Part shown: one piece after another, positions 23,704 to 25,251 of the stretch | Position numbering within the stretch: position 1 is the first letter of the stretch | How the letters are laid out: each line of letters starts with the position of its first letter | Assembly (NCBI GenBank): GCA_044353065.1 | Contig: JBILCQ010000001.1 | Span: forward strand, 1-25,251 | Reading direction: 5' to 3' | Origin: Flavobacteriales bacterium | GTDB lineage: Bacteria; Bacteroidota; Bacteroidia; Flavobacteriales_D; Sanyastnellaceae | DNA: 25,251 nt | The notes under the pieces: model-generated | Seen by the model: the letters and a program-made list of their open reading frames with translations, nothing else | Database searches by the model: none | Told to the model about the DNA's origin: nothing | Translations under genes and position numbers: made by a program

Positions 23704-25251
23704 ATGAAGGTGAAATCATTTGCTTTTCTCATCGCATTCTTTTTTAGTGCCTTTGCTTTTGCACAAGACAAAAATGCTGCAGTACTTACCGTTGATGGTG
23801 AGCCAACAAGTTTGGAAGAATTTGAGAATATCTTTCGAAAAAACAACCGCGATTCTGTAATCACAGCGCAGTCGCTCGATGAGTACATGGAGTTGTTCAT
23901 CAACTTCAAGCTAAAGGTGAAGGAGGCCAAAGAGGCCGGCTTGGATACGGTTAAGAAATTTAAGACAGAGTTGGACGGATATCGCGCGCAATTGGCTCGC
24001 CCTTATCTCACCGATTCTGAAAAGCTCAATGATTTGGTGAAAGAGGCCTATGAAAACTACCAGAAGGAAGTTCATGCCGCGCACATTTTGATAAAAGTCG
24101 ATGCCAGTGCATCACCTGCCGATACGGCAAAAGCGTATGCGAAAATTCTGGCTATTCGTGAGCGCATCATGAAGGGTGAGGAATTCAAGACCTTGGCAAA
24201 AGCAACCAGTGAAGACCCCAGCGCGAAGGAAAATGCAGGTGATTTGGGATATTTCACGGCGTTTCAAATGGTATATCCTTTCGAAAAGGCGGCCTATGAA
24301 ACTCCCGTTGGACAGGTTTCAAATCCAATTCGCACTCGATATGGCTATCATTTGATTTACGTGTATGATAAGCGAGCCGCTCGCGGTGAAATCCACGTAG
24401 CACACATCGTGGTGAAACCGAAATCAGAGCAGAACAGTGAGGCCAACGCTGAAACGAAGATCCAAGAGATCTATCAGAAATTGGTTTCCGGCGAATCCAC
24501 CTTCGAGGAATTGGCTAGCAAATTCAGTGATGATCCAACTTCAGCAAAAAAGGGTGGTGAGCTTCCTTGGTTCGGTACAGGAAAAATGGTGCTTGAATTT
24601 GAAGACGCCGCTTTTTCTCTCAAAAACAATGGCGACTATTCTGCTCCATTCAAAACTGCCTTCGGTTGGCACATTGTGAAGCGCCTGGAGTTTAGACCGC
24701 TTGCTTCCTTCGAGTCAATGGAAAAGGAAATCAAGAGCAAGGTTTCCAAAGATAGCCGTGCCGAGCAAACCAAGAAGTCGTTTATCGAAAAGCTGAAGGT
24801 AGAATATGGCTATACCATCGAAGAAGCCGAATTGGCAAAGATGGTTGAGAAGGCAGATTCCAACGCGTTCGAAGGCAAACTCTACATCGGTAAGAAGTCC
24901 ATGCAAAAACCGCTTATTCGAATGAACGGGTTAACCATTTCCGTTAGCGAATTCAATGACTACATGAGAACCAAGGGCCGCTCAAAAGCCACGATGAGTC
25001 CGGGCGATTACATACGTGCATCGGCAGCCAAAATGGGTGAAGACAAATTGCTCCAATTGGAAGATGCCAAACTCGAAGAGAAGTATACACCTTTCCGACT
25101 TCTTATGAAGGAATACCGAGAAGGTATTCTTCTATTCGAAATGACCGACCAAATGGTTTGGTCGAAAGCAGTGAAAGACACGGCAGGATTGGCTGCTTTT
25201 TATGATGCCAATAAACAGAAATTCATGTGGCCCGAACGAGCATCGGTTGTT
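23704..25251 (+). CDS. Periplasmic SurA/parvulin-type peptidyl-prolyl isomerase, partial (runs off the window end; absent from the ORF track)
   Basis: Hand translation from ATG 23704 is open for 516 codons: signal MKVKSFAFLIAFFFSAFAFA-Q, FINFKLKVKEA, AAHILIK...SEDPSAKENAGDLGYF...FEKAAY...RYGYHLI, and a second domain VAHIVV...SDDPTSAKKGGELPWF...FEDAAF...FGWHIVK. Confidence 0.92.
   Translation, partial: MKVKSFAFLIAFFFSAFAFAQDKNAAVLTVDGEPTSLEEFENIFRKNNRDSVITAQSLDEYMELFINFKLKVKEAKEAGLDTVKKFKTELDGYRAQLARPYLTDSEKLNDLVKEAYENYQKEVHAAHILIKVDASASPADTAKAYAKILAIRERIMKGEEFKTLAKATSEDPSAKENAGDLGYFTAFQMVYPFEKAAYETPVGQVSNPIRTRYGYHLIYVYDKRAARGEIHVAHIVVKPKSEQNSEANAETKIQEIYQKLVSGESTFEELASKFSDDPTSAKKGGELPWFGTGKMVLEFEDAAFSLKNNGDYSAPFKTAFGWHIVKRLEFRPLASFESMEKEIKSKVSKDSRAEQTKKSFIEKLKVEYGYTIEEAELAKMVEKADSNAFEGKLYIGKKSMQKPLIRMNGLTISVSEFNDYMRTKGRSKATMSPGDYIRASAAKMGEDKLLQLEDAKLEEKYTPFRLLMKEYREGILLFEMTDQMVWSKAVKDTAGLAAFYDANKQKFMWPERASVV

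Overview
This 25.3 kb window is chromosomal DNA from a Bacteroidota bacterium, probably Flavobacteriales-like. The assignment rests on TAnnTT(T/C)G -7 promoter boxes, signal peptides cleaving before Gln, lipoproteins and TonB-dependent receptors. Gene order: an mbnP-like gene, two tandem MauG/MbnH-type di-heme cytochrome c peroxidase genes and a YkgJ-type Cys-cluster gene (all four linked by overlapping stop/start codons); a ComF-type PRTase; two uncharacterised membrane proteins; hemL (-); kynU (+); sucB (-); a GT4 glycosyltransferase (+) inserted antisense between sucA and sucB; sucA (-); a small hypothetical (-); a TonB-dependent receptor; gdhA with an intrinsic terminator; a FecA-like receptor preceded by a tandem palindromic operator-like repeat; a secreted HYR protein ending in a dockerin-like module; guaB; and a SurA/parvulin PPIase that runs off the window end and is missing from the ORF track. 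I found no rRNA, tRNA, CRISPR array or mobile element. The best leads are the MbnP plus two differently diverged MbnH-like peroxidases, the sucA-[antisense GT]-sucB arrangement, the twin ATACC-N8-GGTAT boxes, and the HYR-dockerin protein. All family assignments come from motif recognition by eye; no searches were run.
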